DNA of 64,000 bases, taken from positions 1,350,559 through 1,414,558 of the forward strand of contig JBNZDD010013730.1 of the NCBI GenBank assembly GCA_050575255.1, read 5' to 3'. Made by a program: the position numbers and the translations under genes. The notes under the pieces were generated by a model, which saw only the letters and a list, made by a program, of their open reading frames with translations, did not search any database and was not told where the DNA came from. Of this stretch, positions 25,063-36,850 are shown in pieces; the stretch's first letter is position 1, and each line of letters begins with the position of its first letter. This DNA comes from Harriotta raleighana. Taxonomy: Eukaryota.

Positions 25063-25526
25063 TTATTGAAATCCTCCCTGCATTCTAACAAGGGGGTAGC
25101 TCAGATGCCTTGCTGAACTGAACACGTCTTTCGTACATGCACACAAGACGATACATATTTGTAACGCATACTCCCTCTTCAATACCTCCATATACCTTTA
25201 CTGCAGCAAAGAAACTACTAGCACTTCTATTGTTTGAGAATTGCATGCCAATCAAGACCTCAACTATCCGTAATTCTCAGTGCTTTATTCCACTGCCGCT
25301 TCCAGTTCCTAATTAGCCTCACAGTAAATTGTATAATCTTCATTAACATTAGTCTGAAGGATACTTGTTCGAGTTTTTTTTAAGTTGACAATTGCAGGAA
25401 TCGTCTCTCAAACACTAGGAGATTTATAAATTTCAATACCACAGTTGTTGTCAGCATTAACAAACCCAAGGGGTTTCTAGATTCTAAACCATCAGTAACA
25501 CAGCTCTTTACTCTCCAAATCCATAC

Positions 25527-25641
25527 CTTATTTCTTGCCTGTGCTTGTGTTCCAATAGGAAATCCCAAACGAAGGACCATACAGGGAGCTTTGGAAATAA
25601 TCCGAACAAGGTAAAAAGAGGAAGGAGGTTGATCCACACCA
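25527..25641 (-). CDS. SZT2: SZT2 coding exon 14
   Basis: [29 protein letters not shown]. Confidence 0.97.
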
Positions 25642-25946
25642 CTGAAAATGAATACACAAATATTTGATTAGTGTTTGGTACACATCTGGGTAGCTTGAAA
25701 TACCAAAACAAACTTTGAGCATTTCTCTGGACACATCCCTCAAAAAAATGTTTATAGAAGCGCGTTTCATTTCTCTTTCATCCCTCCTACCCTAGTCATT
25801 TACAAGATATACAGTCAATTCAATTTGCAGTATATTCTGTGAAGCACTTTGAGACATCTTGAAGATGTGGATAAGATGCGATATCAAATGCAAGGATTAT
25901 TAGCATTATTGTTATACATTCATTTCCCCATTTGTTGAATTCTTAC

Positions 25947-26099
25947 TTGTAAAGGAGTTTAACGTAGGAATATCCTTCGACCAACACAAAGCTGCTCCAG
26001 TCTCGTAGGAGAGACGTTAATGCAGAGAGAGAGATGCGACACTGGATGGTACTGTATCGGCCATTACTCCCCGTTGTGTGGATGTGCTTTGGCAATGGA
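25947..26099 (-). CDS. SZT2: SZT2 coding exon 13
   Basis: [23 protein letters not shown]...EGYSYVKLL. Confidence 0.97.
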
Positions 26100-26255
26100 C
26101 TAGAGAAGAGCGAGATTTTAAAAAAATACATTACTTGTAAGTATCTATGAGGATTACTTGACCAAACTGATGCAACACTGGTTGTTATGGAGTTCATAAG
26201 AAAAACTCTGAAAAAAGATGCAAGATTAGTAGAAACCAGATGGAGAGAAACTTAC

Positions 26256-26401
26256 ACGTCATGTTCCAGCAGGATGCCAATGCGATGCATGTGAAGCCAT
26301 CTCTGCCAGAAGCTAGCATCCATAGAGAGAATGGGCTTCCAGTAAGAGGAAAACTGCGATTGGCTGGAGTCCTTGGATCCACTGTGCTGCAGTGAGAGCA
26401 C
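26256..26401 (-). CDS. SZT2: SZT2 coding exon 12
   Basis: VLSLQHSGS...[21 protein letters not shown]. Confidence 0.96.
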
Positions 26402-26835
26402 CTAAACACAATACACACTTAGCAAGTTCTGTTTTAATGCGCAACAAATTCCCATATTCAAAAGCAAGGATTATTATTAGTATTATACTGTATTCCTCCT
26501 CCGCTAACAGTTAGTCTGATTCAAGTGGCCATTCCTTGAGAAGTGCTAATAGCTTTAATTGTGAGATCCACACAACTAACCTTAATTGGCATCCATACCT
26601 GCCTGCTTCCAGCAGCGATGCATGGACAGTAATCAAATGCAGGAAAGTATAAATAACTTCCTGGCTCTTGAATGCCAAGGACAATTATAGCACCAACTAT
26701 GGTTCTGCTTAAGTCCAATTAGCGCCCACATATATACAGTCAATTCACTTTACAGTATATTCTGTAAACAGCTTTGAGACATCTAGAAGTCGTGAAAAGC
26801 ACTATATCAAATGCAAGGATTATTATTATTATTAC

Positions 26836-26965
26836 CGGTGTTGTGGATCCTGGAGGGATGTAGAACAGTGGGACACCATTCTTTGTGCTCTCTGGTATAG
26901 TGTAGTGTTCAGGGATAGTGTTGAAGGATTTGAGATGAACCAGCATCTGATCCGTTTGATTGATA
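26836..26965 (-). CDS. SZT2: SZT2 coding exon 11
   Basis: [15 protein letters not shown]...[13 protein letters not shown]. Confidence 0.96.
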
Positions 26966-27093
26966 CTAAGCAAAAGTACAAGAGAACAATCATTATTTTC
27001 TCTCCACGGACAGAGAGAGAGACATTACTCTCCTTTCAATGGTAAACAGAGATGTTCTATCACCCAGACTATTCTTCTTCACTAAGCCCTTAC

Positions 27094-27325
27094 CTTTGCA
27101 GAGTGTTCCAAAAACGGCGGATAACTGTGGTGCGATATGGACTTGTTATTGGTTTCCTCATTGTACAGCTAATATCATGGAGCATGTCGTAGCTGCCCTC
27201 CATGGTCACCTCCACCCACGTCATGCGTTTGCCCGGATCCAGCGGCCACGAGGCTACTACCAAGTACTCGATTCTCATGTTGTGCTTCCACAGCAACATA
27301 AGCTTCACTTCCAACTGGGTAGCTC
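27094..27325 (-). CDS. SZT2: SZT2 coding exon 10
   Basis: [18 protein letters not shown]...[10 protein letters not shown]. Confidence 0.97.
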
Positions 27326-27973
27326 CTAATATCGAACAGGAATTGGAATTAATTGAGCGGGCACGCAAAGTTTGGTTTACGAATTTGTCATTTGCAATTC
27401 ACTAAACGCCATGTTGCCCACAAGAATTTAGGGAAGCCATTAGGGAAGCACAAAGTTGTGGCATAGAGAAAAAAAAAATGTTTGATGTCTAAGTCAACAT
27501 AAATTGCTCTTGCATGACTACCCGTAGCAGGTTATATTGTGGCATTGGTACTCAGCATTTATTTGACCTCTATCACTGGGTATAGCAAACACAAAAAGAG
27601 TGAAGGACGGAAAGTAAAATAATAAACCCTCCAAATTAAAACTAATTATATCAAAAGAATACTTCAGATGAATTTGCTTTGCATGCGTTTACAAAAGACA
27701 CCTTGCAGTTATAACCCGATCTGCCCCACCACAGACACAATCACCTTCACTGCTCTCTGAGGAACAGAGTACAGAGAAAACATAATTTGGAGGTCTACAA
27801 TCAAAGGTGCAACATTCATTCATGGGTTACAAAAGCAAGGTTTACTCTGGAGAAGGTGTAACCTGCCTGTAACCACAGCTGTGCTCATCTGACCACAAGC
27901 TCTCACTTTTGCCCTCTCGACTCAATGCCAGATCGCTAAAGCTACCCCTCACTGCATCGCCATTTCTTTGTAC

Positions 27974-28144
27974 CTTTAGTGATGTTAACCTCTTTGACAG
28001 TGTAGCCTTCACGCAATCGGACAGACACCACACTGATCAGATCTGCGTGCACTTCTTTCTCGGTGTGCTTCTTGCGTCTCATAGCCAACGCAGGATTGCT
28101 GCTGGCGGACACCAGGTGCTCATTGAACACTTTATGCTGTGAAG
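27974..28144 (-). CDS. SZT2: SZT2 coding exon 9
   Basis: [31 protein letters not shown]...EVNITK. Confidence 0.97.
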
Positions 28145-28263
28145 CTAGATTTAGAGTAAAATAAGCAGAAGTAAAACTTGGAATACAAGAGTCAGAAATG
28201 TTTTGGTGTGTAAAAATATAAGTAAATCGCTGAGCTACTCCTTGTAAGAAGTGCGGTATTTAC

Positions 28264-28474
28264 CACAGTAATACTCTGGGTTCATAGGCTCTCCAGGTCT
28301 CAGGAAACTGTACAGCAGGAATGCCTTGTGGTATGCATTCATGCTGAGGCAACCTTCAGTGATTTCAGGATACGTAGACATGTAGGATCCAAATGTTGCC
28401 ATTGCAATAAACTTCATCAGCTCCAAATTTGGTACATAGCCAAAGCTGCAGTCATACGAGTACACTCCTCCAAC
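28264..28474 (-). CDS. SZT2: SZT2 coding exon 8
   Basis: [31 protein letters not shown]...NPEYYC. Confidence 0.97.
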
Positions 28475-28494
28475 CTGCGGGAAATAAGATTATT

Positions 28495-28600
28495 ATAGGA
28501 ACATAGGAACAGGAATTGGCCATTCAGCCCTTCGAGCCTGTTCTGCCATTTGATTAGATCATGGCTGATCTGTACCTCTGCTAATCCTTTCAATTCCAAT
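28495..28600 (-). mobile_element. CR1-type LINE 3' tail
   Basis: ...gctcgaagggctgaatggcc...ttcctatgttccta, a CR1-like end; second copy at 56028-56150. Confidence 0.7.
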
Positions 28601-28694
28601 TACGCAATTCTGTTAAGCAATTACAGAAGCATTATTATAGAGATAAAATGATTGTTTCCGAGGCATAAAACTTGGTTTGGAAAACCAACCTCAC

Positions 28695-28801
28695 CTGTAT
28701 GAATGAACAGGCGATTGTGCCACAGCGCAGTTGGTTTAGTAACGTTTCGCACACTGCAACATCTGGTACACTTGTCACACCATCAGTGATGATAATTATA
28801 C
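28695..28801 (-). CDS. SZT2: SZT2 coding exon 7
   Basis: [36 protein letters not shown]. Confidence 0.97.
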
Positions 28802-29354
28802 CTGAAAGAGAAATAAACCCATTTTTTGGGACATATCAACGAAAGATGCACATAGCTGATTCCATAAGCCCTGTACTAATGGTGTAGCTTCCACTTCTTT
28901 TTAGAACAATATTTTTCTCATCCCCTTTCGTCTTCCATTCTATCCTGAAAGTGTTGTTGTAAACATGTAGAACCGTTCCACATGCTTCAGCATACTGTCA
29001 TGTACCTCACCATGTTATGAGGCAAGACAATGTGTGCTTGACACACACGACACACACACACACACACATATGAAAACAGTGTGGTAACAGCTGTAAATCA
29101 ATTGGACAATCCCACAAGCTAATACTTCAAAGAAACTCAATTGATCTGTTAAGACTGGAAGTACTGAACAATCAATCTGAAATACTTAAAAGTTCCAAGA
29201 CAGGCTTACTCTGAGCGCTCTGAGACGCCGCCCGGCATGGAGGACACTATATAAATCAAAGTTGTTGTTGTTGTTGTTATTGTTGTGCTTGGATACCAAG
29301 AAAAAGGATTTCCAACTCAGATTGGAGCTATGCAATCATTGGCAAACTAGTTAC

Positions 29355-29517
29355 CTGCACTGGAGTTGGGTGGAAGTAACTGAAGTGCCAGGATGCCATT
29401 ACGGATCATGTTGACGAGCCCCATATCAGACGTTACCATGGAAAAAGTCATTTTCCGTGAAGGCTGATCATAGTAAACATCATTTGCATCCGCTTGGGAT
29501 AAAACAGATCTGTCGGA
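29355..29517 (-). CDS. SZT2: SZT2 coding exon 6
   Basis: ...[29 protein letters not shown]. Confidence 0.93.
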
Positions 29518-29599
29518 CTGTGATCAAGAAATAACAGGTAGGAAACAGATATCAGCTACTCACAAAACTAAGAAATTCTAACTATCCAAAAATTACATA

Positions 29600-29906
29600 C
29601 AGTAAAATCCCGTTTATCCGTGACTCGATGAATTGGAAAACCCATTAAACCAACATCTCAAAAAAAAGTCCAGGTTCGATAAACGAGAAGTTATCCGGCA
29701 GAATAGCGATGACACATTTAATCAATCGATTGTCGCAAGCGAGTACTGTGCACGTATATCAGCTGGCCACTAGTCAGTCTAAAGCCTAATATGGTATGTG
29801 TTAAAATAATTTTTAATTATTTTTTTTTTTTTTAAAGTTCAATCGAAAAGCCATTTAACCTGCCCTGGCCAGGTCCTGTGGGTGCCGAATAAATGGGCTT
29901 TTACTG
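29600..29906. mobile_element. Tigger/pogo-like MITE
   Basis: Same TIRs; TA target duplication on both sides. Confidence 0.88.
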
Positions 29907-30318
29907 TATATTGTACATTGTTTCATTAGGATACTCTTAAGCATGGCGGTGGATTTCCACATAGTTTAGACATCTGGCGGGTGAAACAAATTTCTACTTC
30001 TATTGCTATATCTGAGAGAGAATTAAATTAGTGTCACGTTATAATTTTAAACCAATACTCTGTGGGGATCTGTTTTGAAAGGCTGAAATCCATTCGCCTA
30101 CCAACTGTTACAACAGCAGAAATAAAACTCCATTCTCTCACTCTCAACAGAGACACGCTTTACAATATTAGGTTTGTGTTAGTAACAGGATTGAATCAAT
30201 TTGATCAAGATATAGACTAGTCCCTTAGGGATGCTTGGTGACAGGGTTACAAGTCTAATCCCTTGAGTTTGGAATCCTCCATTATACAGATTGTTTTTAT
30301 TAAACTTAAGATCCTTAC

Positions 30319-30450
30319 CTGTACTTTGGGATTGTAGTGTTGTTGAAGAACCTCAGCCACATTGTTTTCAAATGCTCTTAGCTGCTGACAAATGTTCTGA
30401 AGGAAGCTCTCCAAGTTAATTTGATCCAGTAGACAACCTTGAACAAGAAC
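30319..30450 (-). CDS. SZT2: SZT2 coding exon 5
   Basis: VLVQGCLLDQ...QQHYNPKVQ. Confidence 0.95.
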
Positions 30451-31072
30451 CTATAGCATAAACAGGCTATAATCAGGTGAGAATCAAAGGACAGCTAATG
30501 AAACTGTCAGCAGGCACGTATATACATACAGACTCACTTGAAGAACGACAATAGATCTAACTGCAACGTAAAGACAGCTCATTTGCTTGAACAATAAAAT
30601 ACTTAATTTTAAGTGATCTAGAGTTCTTGGTTCCTACTTCTTACATTTAGCTCCTTGAGACATCCTCCCCACATGAAAAGCGTAAAAACACAAATGCAAT
30701 TTTGTATTGTATTGCATTCAGCATATGAATTAATTCCTAATTTGCCTAAAACCCTATTAACATGCATCTTGTCCAGCTAGACTGCCTTTTTGTTAAGACT
30801 TCAACTTGCAGTATTCAGGATACGTCTACATATTGTACCAACTCTGACTTGGATTACTGCAGACTTGCAATTATTTATCAGCAGTGTTTCATCTCACAGC
30901 AAATTCAAAATCACATACAGAGACCTTGCTTGCTTAACTATGTATTCCTCTCCCACACCTCCTTCCCCCACCACATACACACAAAACACAGAACTCACTT
31001 TTGCAACCTTGAGAATGTTTGTGAACCTTGCAGAGTATTCCAAATCAAATTTCTGACTGGATATTGCATATA

Positions 31073-31675
31073 CAGTAAAAGCCCGTTTATCCGGCACCCA
31101 CAGGATCTGGCCAGTGCCAGTTAAAAGGTTTACTGCTCATACTTTTTTTTTAAAAATTATTACAAATTATTTTAACACATACCATATTAATATTAGACTA
31201 AATAATAACAGATAAGAACAATAATGTATGGTATTTTATTGTAAATGTTGTACACTGTACCATATACTATATATAATAGATTAAATACAGTAATAGATAC
31301 TGTAATAACAGAATATTGTATATACTTTATGTAAATGTTGTACACTGTACTAAATAAAAAGACTAAATACACTAATAACAGATACTATAATAACAGAATA
31401 TTGTATTACTACTTTATTATTTATACTTAACTTCTGCAATGGTCATCACGGGAGGAAAACAAAACAGCAGCGAGACTTTTTTTTTTTAAATGGCAGTAGC
31501 CCGACTTTAGACTCGACTAGCAGCCAGCCAATATATCTGTGCAGTACTCATGTGCGACAATCGATTCATTAAATGCATCATCACTATTCTGCTGGATAAC
31601 TTCCGGTTTATCGAATCGGGACTTTTTTATTTGAGATGCCCGTTCATCAAGTCACGGATAAATGGGCTTTTACTG
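31073..31675. mobile_element. Tigger/pogo-like MITE (longer, opposite orientation)
   Basis: TA-CAGTAAAAGCCC...GGGCTTTTACTG-TA; interior partly matches the reverse complement of the 29600 and 32726 copies. Confidence 0.88.
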
Positions 31676-31856
31676 TAAGCACGGATAACGGGCTTTTCAG
31701 CGCCTTGGGACGTCCTCCTGACGTGAAACGCGCTCTATAAATGTAATTTTGTTGTTGTTGATGTAATACGTGTTAGATGAAGGTAGTTTCAATAAGACTT
31801 GTACATGATAATAATGGTAGTTAACTCTAAATTCTTGACACCAGCATAGAGCTCAC

Positions 31857-32027
31857 CTGATGAGTTTGCAATCCAATGATAGACGAATAAGCAAGAATAG
31901 TAATGAAGATTTCTGGCTGAAACAGTACATCTGTTCCCGGTATTTTGAAGGGTCGTGATAACTCCATGAGGCACCTTGAAAGTGCGTGAAATACTTCATC
32001 GAAAATCAATTCTCCCGTGGAATCATC
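31857..32027 (-). CDS. SZT2: SZT2 coding exon 4
   Basis: [20 protein letters not shown]...[11 protein letters not shown]. Confidence 0.97.
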
Positions 32028-32725
32028 CTGCAAAAAGCATATACGCTTTTTTTTCACAAATAAATGAAAGTTTGAAAAATAGTTACAAGAGGACAATCTT
32101 AATTTCCAAATTCCTACTGTAGTTTAAATTAGCGATTTGTGCCATTCCAAGCCCTGCCAACAAGCCAGGCTGGCTGGTCTGTCATCAACAGTTCCTTGGA
32201 GTACTGTGGCTCTGTCTGCCTCAGGAACCGGAGGCCGACTGGATTCCATTGATTCTATCCTCCCGACGTGAGAGGCGCTCTATAAATGTAATTTTGTTGT
32301 TGTTGTTGTTGCCAGCTCAGTCTAAGGATACCTCACTTACCTCTCCCAAGGAGATGAATTACTACAGTATAATCTTTTGGCCCAAAAGTGCTTCAATAAA
32401 TGATCAAACCAGCCATAAACCAAACCGTTTATGAAAATCTGAGACAGGGGGAACAAAGCTACTGAGAAGCCAATTTTTATTCATCACTTCCCATGCTTTA
32501 CCATTTCCATCTGATCAGCGGATCAAGTCTATCAAAGCAGTATATTCCACTGAATTAAGCATAATCATAATAGTCAAAAGGAAGAGATACCTGTATTGCT
32601 CTGCTAATTGGTATTCCTTGTTAAATTCAAACCAGCCTGTGAGCAGTCAGTTTGGATCTTATGCAAAATCATGATAAAAAATACGAAGTTGAGAACAGCA
32701 ACCCACCACCCACTCATCATAGATA

Positions 32726-33038
32726 CAGTAAAACCTTGTTTATCCATGACTCGATGAACCCGTTCAACCTCCATCTTAAAAAAAAAGTCCTGATTCGATG
32801 AGCCAGAAGTTATCCGGTAAATAGTAAAGACACGTTTAATGAATTGACTGTCGCACGCGAGTACTGGTGCATGTACTCGCGGCTGGCCGCTAGTCGGGTC
32901 TAAACTCGCTCCCTCTCCTTTTAAAAGTCACTGCTGCTGCCGTTTTTCTTAATAAAATTTAAAAATCTGTTCAACCGGAAAACTGTTTAACCACCACTGG
33001 CCAGGTCCCTTGGGTGCCAGATAAACAAGGTTTTACTG
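32726..33038. mobile_element. Tigger/pogo-like MITE
   Basis: TA-CAGTAAAACCTTGTTTATC...GATAAACAAGGTTTTACTG-TA. Confidence 0.9.
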
Positions 33039-33228
33039 TATTCATTCCATTTAGGAAACATTACTTCAAAAAAGACCATTCCCGATTACTTTAACCAGCT
33101 CAATATGGTAAGCAAGGGCAACTGGGCGGTAGGTGTAAAGTTACATTCAGTTTTAAACAATAAAAGTTATGGATGAATAAAACAATAGACTTCCCTTTTA
33201 TTTGTTCCCATACACAATAATTACTCAC

Positions 33229-33402
33229 CACAATTCCTGTAGATGGACTGAGGTCCAGCTCAATCACAAAGCGGTATCGCCGTGCAAGAAACGTAATGTA
33301 AGTAGAGGGCACAAGCTGGTAGGTGTGGATACCGACAGTCTCATCTGACTGCCAGCCTTTTGGGAGGATACTGAGAATATCCAGCTCATTGTCAGATGTG
33401 AT
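33229..33402 (-). CDS. SZT2: SZT2 coding exon 3
   Basis: [17 protein letters not shown]...[15 protein letters not shown]. Confidence 0.96.
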
Positions 33403-34110
33403 CTGCGAGAATAGTTAAGAAACAAGAGGAAAAAAACATTGTGTGATTAATTTTTTTTGGGGGGGGGGGGGTGGTGTTCAACTGGGTGTCTGACAGAAAG
33501 AAACCCATCACTGGGTATAGGAGCATCGCAATCAAACAGAGTTCCACATACACATGGACATTTCTCTATGGTTGGAATGGAGTATGCATCCAATCACTGA
33601 TGCTAAACAGTAGGCAGATACAAGCACTGAGCAAGTACATATTCAGCTTTCACTGCAATGCTCCGATTGTAGGTGACCCCACCGACACTTAGTACCCCAA
33701 AAATCATCTAACAATGTTCATTTAGATGAGGCAGCACATCGTTGCCGAAGTGGAAGGGGGAAAAAACCTCTGTATGTAGATGAAGAAAGGGAGTATTGGG
33801 AGATTCTAAACCAACGAGTAGTCAGAGTGAACCCTGTCACGCAAAGATATAGGATTGCTGTTTCAATCGTAAAACAATGAGAAATAGTTCCAGGATTTGT
33901 GCAAAACACACATTTATTTGCACCACACAAGAACCTTAGGAGGGACCTGTGAGAAATACTCAGTATGAGAAAAAATTAGCCATTGCATGAAGGAGAAAGG
34001 GAAGGAAGAAAAGGCAACGATAATACTGTACTGTAATAATAATCCTTGAAGAGACAAGGTATGAAGAAATGTAGGCATCCCGCACCCCATTTCTCCCCCC
34101 TTTCACTCAC

Positions 34111-34236
34111 CAGCTCAGACTGTGGTGTTGGTCGAATGTATTGGTTGAGCTTGCTGAGAAACCAAGCTAATCTCACATTGCGTGAAATCCGATATTCTTT
34201 CTTCATAAGCAGGAATACCTGTCCTGCTTCCTCCAC
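34111..34236 (-). CDS. SZT2: SZT2 coding exon 2
   Basis: [30 protein letters not shown]; ag/gtgagt. Confidence 0.97.
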
Positions 34237-34937
34237 CTGGTTAAGGAATGTATATTCAAGTTTAGATGAATGCATTGGTCTTAAAACGGTGCGATCTATT
34301 TGCAACTAAATTTTAATTTCAAAAACCTGTTAAAAACCTGACAAAATTGCCAACCGACCTACAGCATTTTGGTAAACGTTTAAAAATGCACTTTGGCTTC
34401 TCAACCTCAAGCCCTCTGCTGGATTGCTGCTTAAGATAGTATTCTGGCCCAAAGTATACAGACAGAAAAAGCTATTTAGCAAAGTAACAGATGTCACATA
34501 CACAACCCTGGTCAGCAGGCGTTGTTCATTGCTTTGTGCGCCACTATAAGAATAGGCACAGTCTGCATTTATGTTTGTTTATTTATTTAATCTATTACAG
34601 TTAACTAACAGTTATTGTCTATAGTTTTGTACAATATTTACAAAAGCTTTACTTATTGCACATAGCATACATATGTTTGCCTACAAAATTCAATCACTAC
34701 ATTTTAGAGTAAAATGTGTTCCTGTGACAGTTCAAAACAAAATCATTGTATCAAATGCAGAATTAATCAAATACAGACGTTATGTTACTTCATGTGTTAT
34801 GTTTACTCAATTAGTTTCACTATTCTTTTCCCCCATAACGTTCCCAGCTGTATTTTTCTCAGACCGTTATGTAGTTTGATTCATAATTTACAAAGTTTAC
34901 ACAGAGTACGGGGCAACAGTTCAAACTATTGATTGCA

Positions 34938-35287
34938 GTTCAGTGTACAGTGGGTGTGATACTGCTCACTGTATTTACAGTGAGTGTACAGTGTGATATT
35001 GATCACTGTGTTTAGTCAGTGTACAGTGTGATATTGATCACTGTGTTTAGTCAGTGTACAGTGTGTTATTGCCCAGTGTTTACAGTCAGTGTAGTGTGTG
35101 TTATTGCCCAGTGTTTACAGTCAGTGTAGTGTGTGTTATTGCCCAGTGTTTACAGTCAGTGTACAGTGTGTTATTGCCCAGTGTTTACAATCAGTACAAT
35201 GTGTTATTGCCCAGTGTTTACAGTCAGTACAATGTGTTATTGCCCAGTGTTTACAGTCAGTGTACAGTGTTATTGCCCAGTGTTTAC
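34938..35287. repeat. Minisatellite with a ~33-35 bp unit, running into an assembly gap
   Basis: Repeats of cagtgtacagtgtgttattgcccagtgtttacagt. Confidence 0.95.
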
Positions 35288-35810
35288 NNNNNNNNNNNNN
35301 NNNNNNNNNNNNNNNNNNNNNNNNNNNNNNNNNNNNNNNNNNNNNNNNNNNNNNNNNNNNNNNNNNNNNNNNNNNNNNNNNNNNNNNNNNNNNNNNNNNN
35401 NNNNNNNNNNNNNNNNNNNNNNNNNNNNNNNNNNNNNNNNNNNNNNNNNNNNNNNNNNNNNNNNNNNNNNNNNNNNNNNNNNNNNNNNNNNNNNNNNNNN
35501 NNNNNNNNNNNNNNNNNNNNNNNNNNNNNNNNNNNNNNNNNNNNNNNNNNNNNNNNNNNNNNNNNNNNNNNNNNNNNNNNNNNNNNNNNNNNNNNNNNNN
35601 NNNNNNNNNNNNNNNNNNNNNNNNNNNNNNNNNNNNNNNNNNNNNNNNNNNNNNNNNNNNNNNNNNNNNNNNNNNNNNNNNNNNNNNNNNNNNNNNNNNN
35701 NNNNNNNNNNNNNNNNNNNNNNNNNNNNNNNNNNNNNNNNNNNNNNNNNNNNNNNNNNNNNNNNNNNNNNNNNNNNNNNNNNNNNNNNNNNNNNNNNNNN
35801 NNNNNNNNNN
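35288..35810. other. Assembly gap (N run)
   Basis: N bases. Confidence 1.
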
Positions 35811-35993
35811 CACACACACTCACTCTCTCACCCACACTCACACATACACACACATACACTCACACACATACATACACTCACTCACACACTCACACACACA
35901 CAGTACATGATGATGATGATGATGGGGGGGGGTGGTGGTGTGGCTGTTACAGTTTCCCAGCCCGGCCCCTGGGCTCCCCATGTTTATTTTTAC

Positions 35994-36020
35994 CTCAGTG
36001 TCTCTGTCTCCGGTGGCCAT
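35994..36020 (-). CDS. SZT2: SZT2 coding exon 1
   Basis: ATG, MATGDRDTE, then GAG|gtaaaa donor; 27 nt, phase 0, like human MASERPEPE. Confidence 0.85.
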
Positions 36021-36327
36021 GCTGGGCCCGGGGCGGGCTGGCTGGGGAGGGGGAGGGCGGGGAGGGAGGGAGGGAGAGGAGGAGAGGGGAGAGTCAGTCA
36101 GTCTGTCTGTTAGTCAGTCAGTGACAGCCGTTGACTCCTGTTCCGCGCCCATGACTCGCGGGGTGAGGGGGAGGGGCTTCAGCGAGGGGGGGGGTGGTGC
36201 AGCCCAGCCCGCCCACACTCTGACCCGGAAACACTTACTCACTCGCTCACAAACTGGCTCCTCCCCCTCCTCCGCTTTCCCGCTCCACTCCTTGACCTTT
36301 GCCCCGGAAACGCTAGGCGGCGCTGAG
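36021..36327. promoter_or_regulatory. Bidirectional CpG-rich promoter and 5'UTR region shared by SZT2 and MED8
   Basis: Divergent ATGs 307 nt apart; GC/CpG-rich; ETS-core CCGGAA at 36225-36230 and 36304-36309; GC-box-like GGGCGG. Confidence 0.85.
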
Positions 36328-36333
36328 ATGCAG
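36328..36333 (+). CDS. MED8: MED8 coding exon 1 (MQ)
   Basis: ATG CAG|gtagtg; the 2-codon first exon joins in frame to PREEKQLE. Confidence 0.85.
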
Positions 36334-36379
36334 GTAGTGTGGACTGCGAGGCCCGTTACCAGGGGGACGGGGGTGTGTT

Positions 36380-36850
36380 GGGGGGGGGGAGGGGGGAAGA
36401 GGGGGAGGGGCAAGAGGGAGGGAAGAGTGGGGGGGCAAGAGAGAGATAGAGAGAGGGGCAAGNGAGGAAGAGGGAGGGGGGACAAGAGGGAGAGAGGGAG
36501 GGGGATAAGAGGGAGAGAGGAAGGGGAGGCAAGAAGGAGAGAGTGGGNGGGGGCAAGAGAGAGATAGAGAGAGGGGCAAGAGAGAGAGGGGGGGAGGGGG
36601 GGCGAGAGAGAGGGAGGGAGTGGGAGGGAGCAAGAGAGAGGTAGGAGGGTAAGAGAGAGGGAGGGGGCAAGTGGGAGGGAGGGCAAGAGGGAGAGAGGGC
36701 AAGAGGGAGGGGGGCAAGAGGGAGAGGGGCAAGAGGGAGAGGGGCAAGAGGGAGAGAGGGAGGGGGACAAGAGGGAGAGAGGAAGGGGGGGCAAGAAGGA
36801 GAAAGTGGGGGGGGACAAGAAAGATAGAGGGAGGGAGGGAGTGGGGGGTG
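36380..36850. repeat. Polypurine low-complexity tandem tract (GGGGCAAGAGGGAGA-like units) in MED8 intron 1
   Basis: Almost pure G/A on the plus strand. Confidence 0.9.

Noticed and set aside
34938-35287. Regular ~34-bp repeats resembling a CRISPR array
   Set aside because: No unique spacers, and the context is a eukaryotic intron
35054-36124. Long ORFs in the track (up to 356 aa)
   Set aside because: They run through a minisatellite and an N gap
36114-36152. MGAEQESTA as the SZT2 start
   Set aside because: Its donor is poor and it hits a stop; ATG 36020 gives a 27-nt exon with GAG|gt in the right phase
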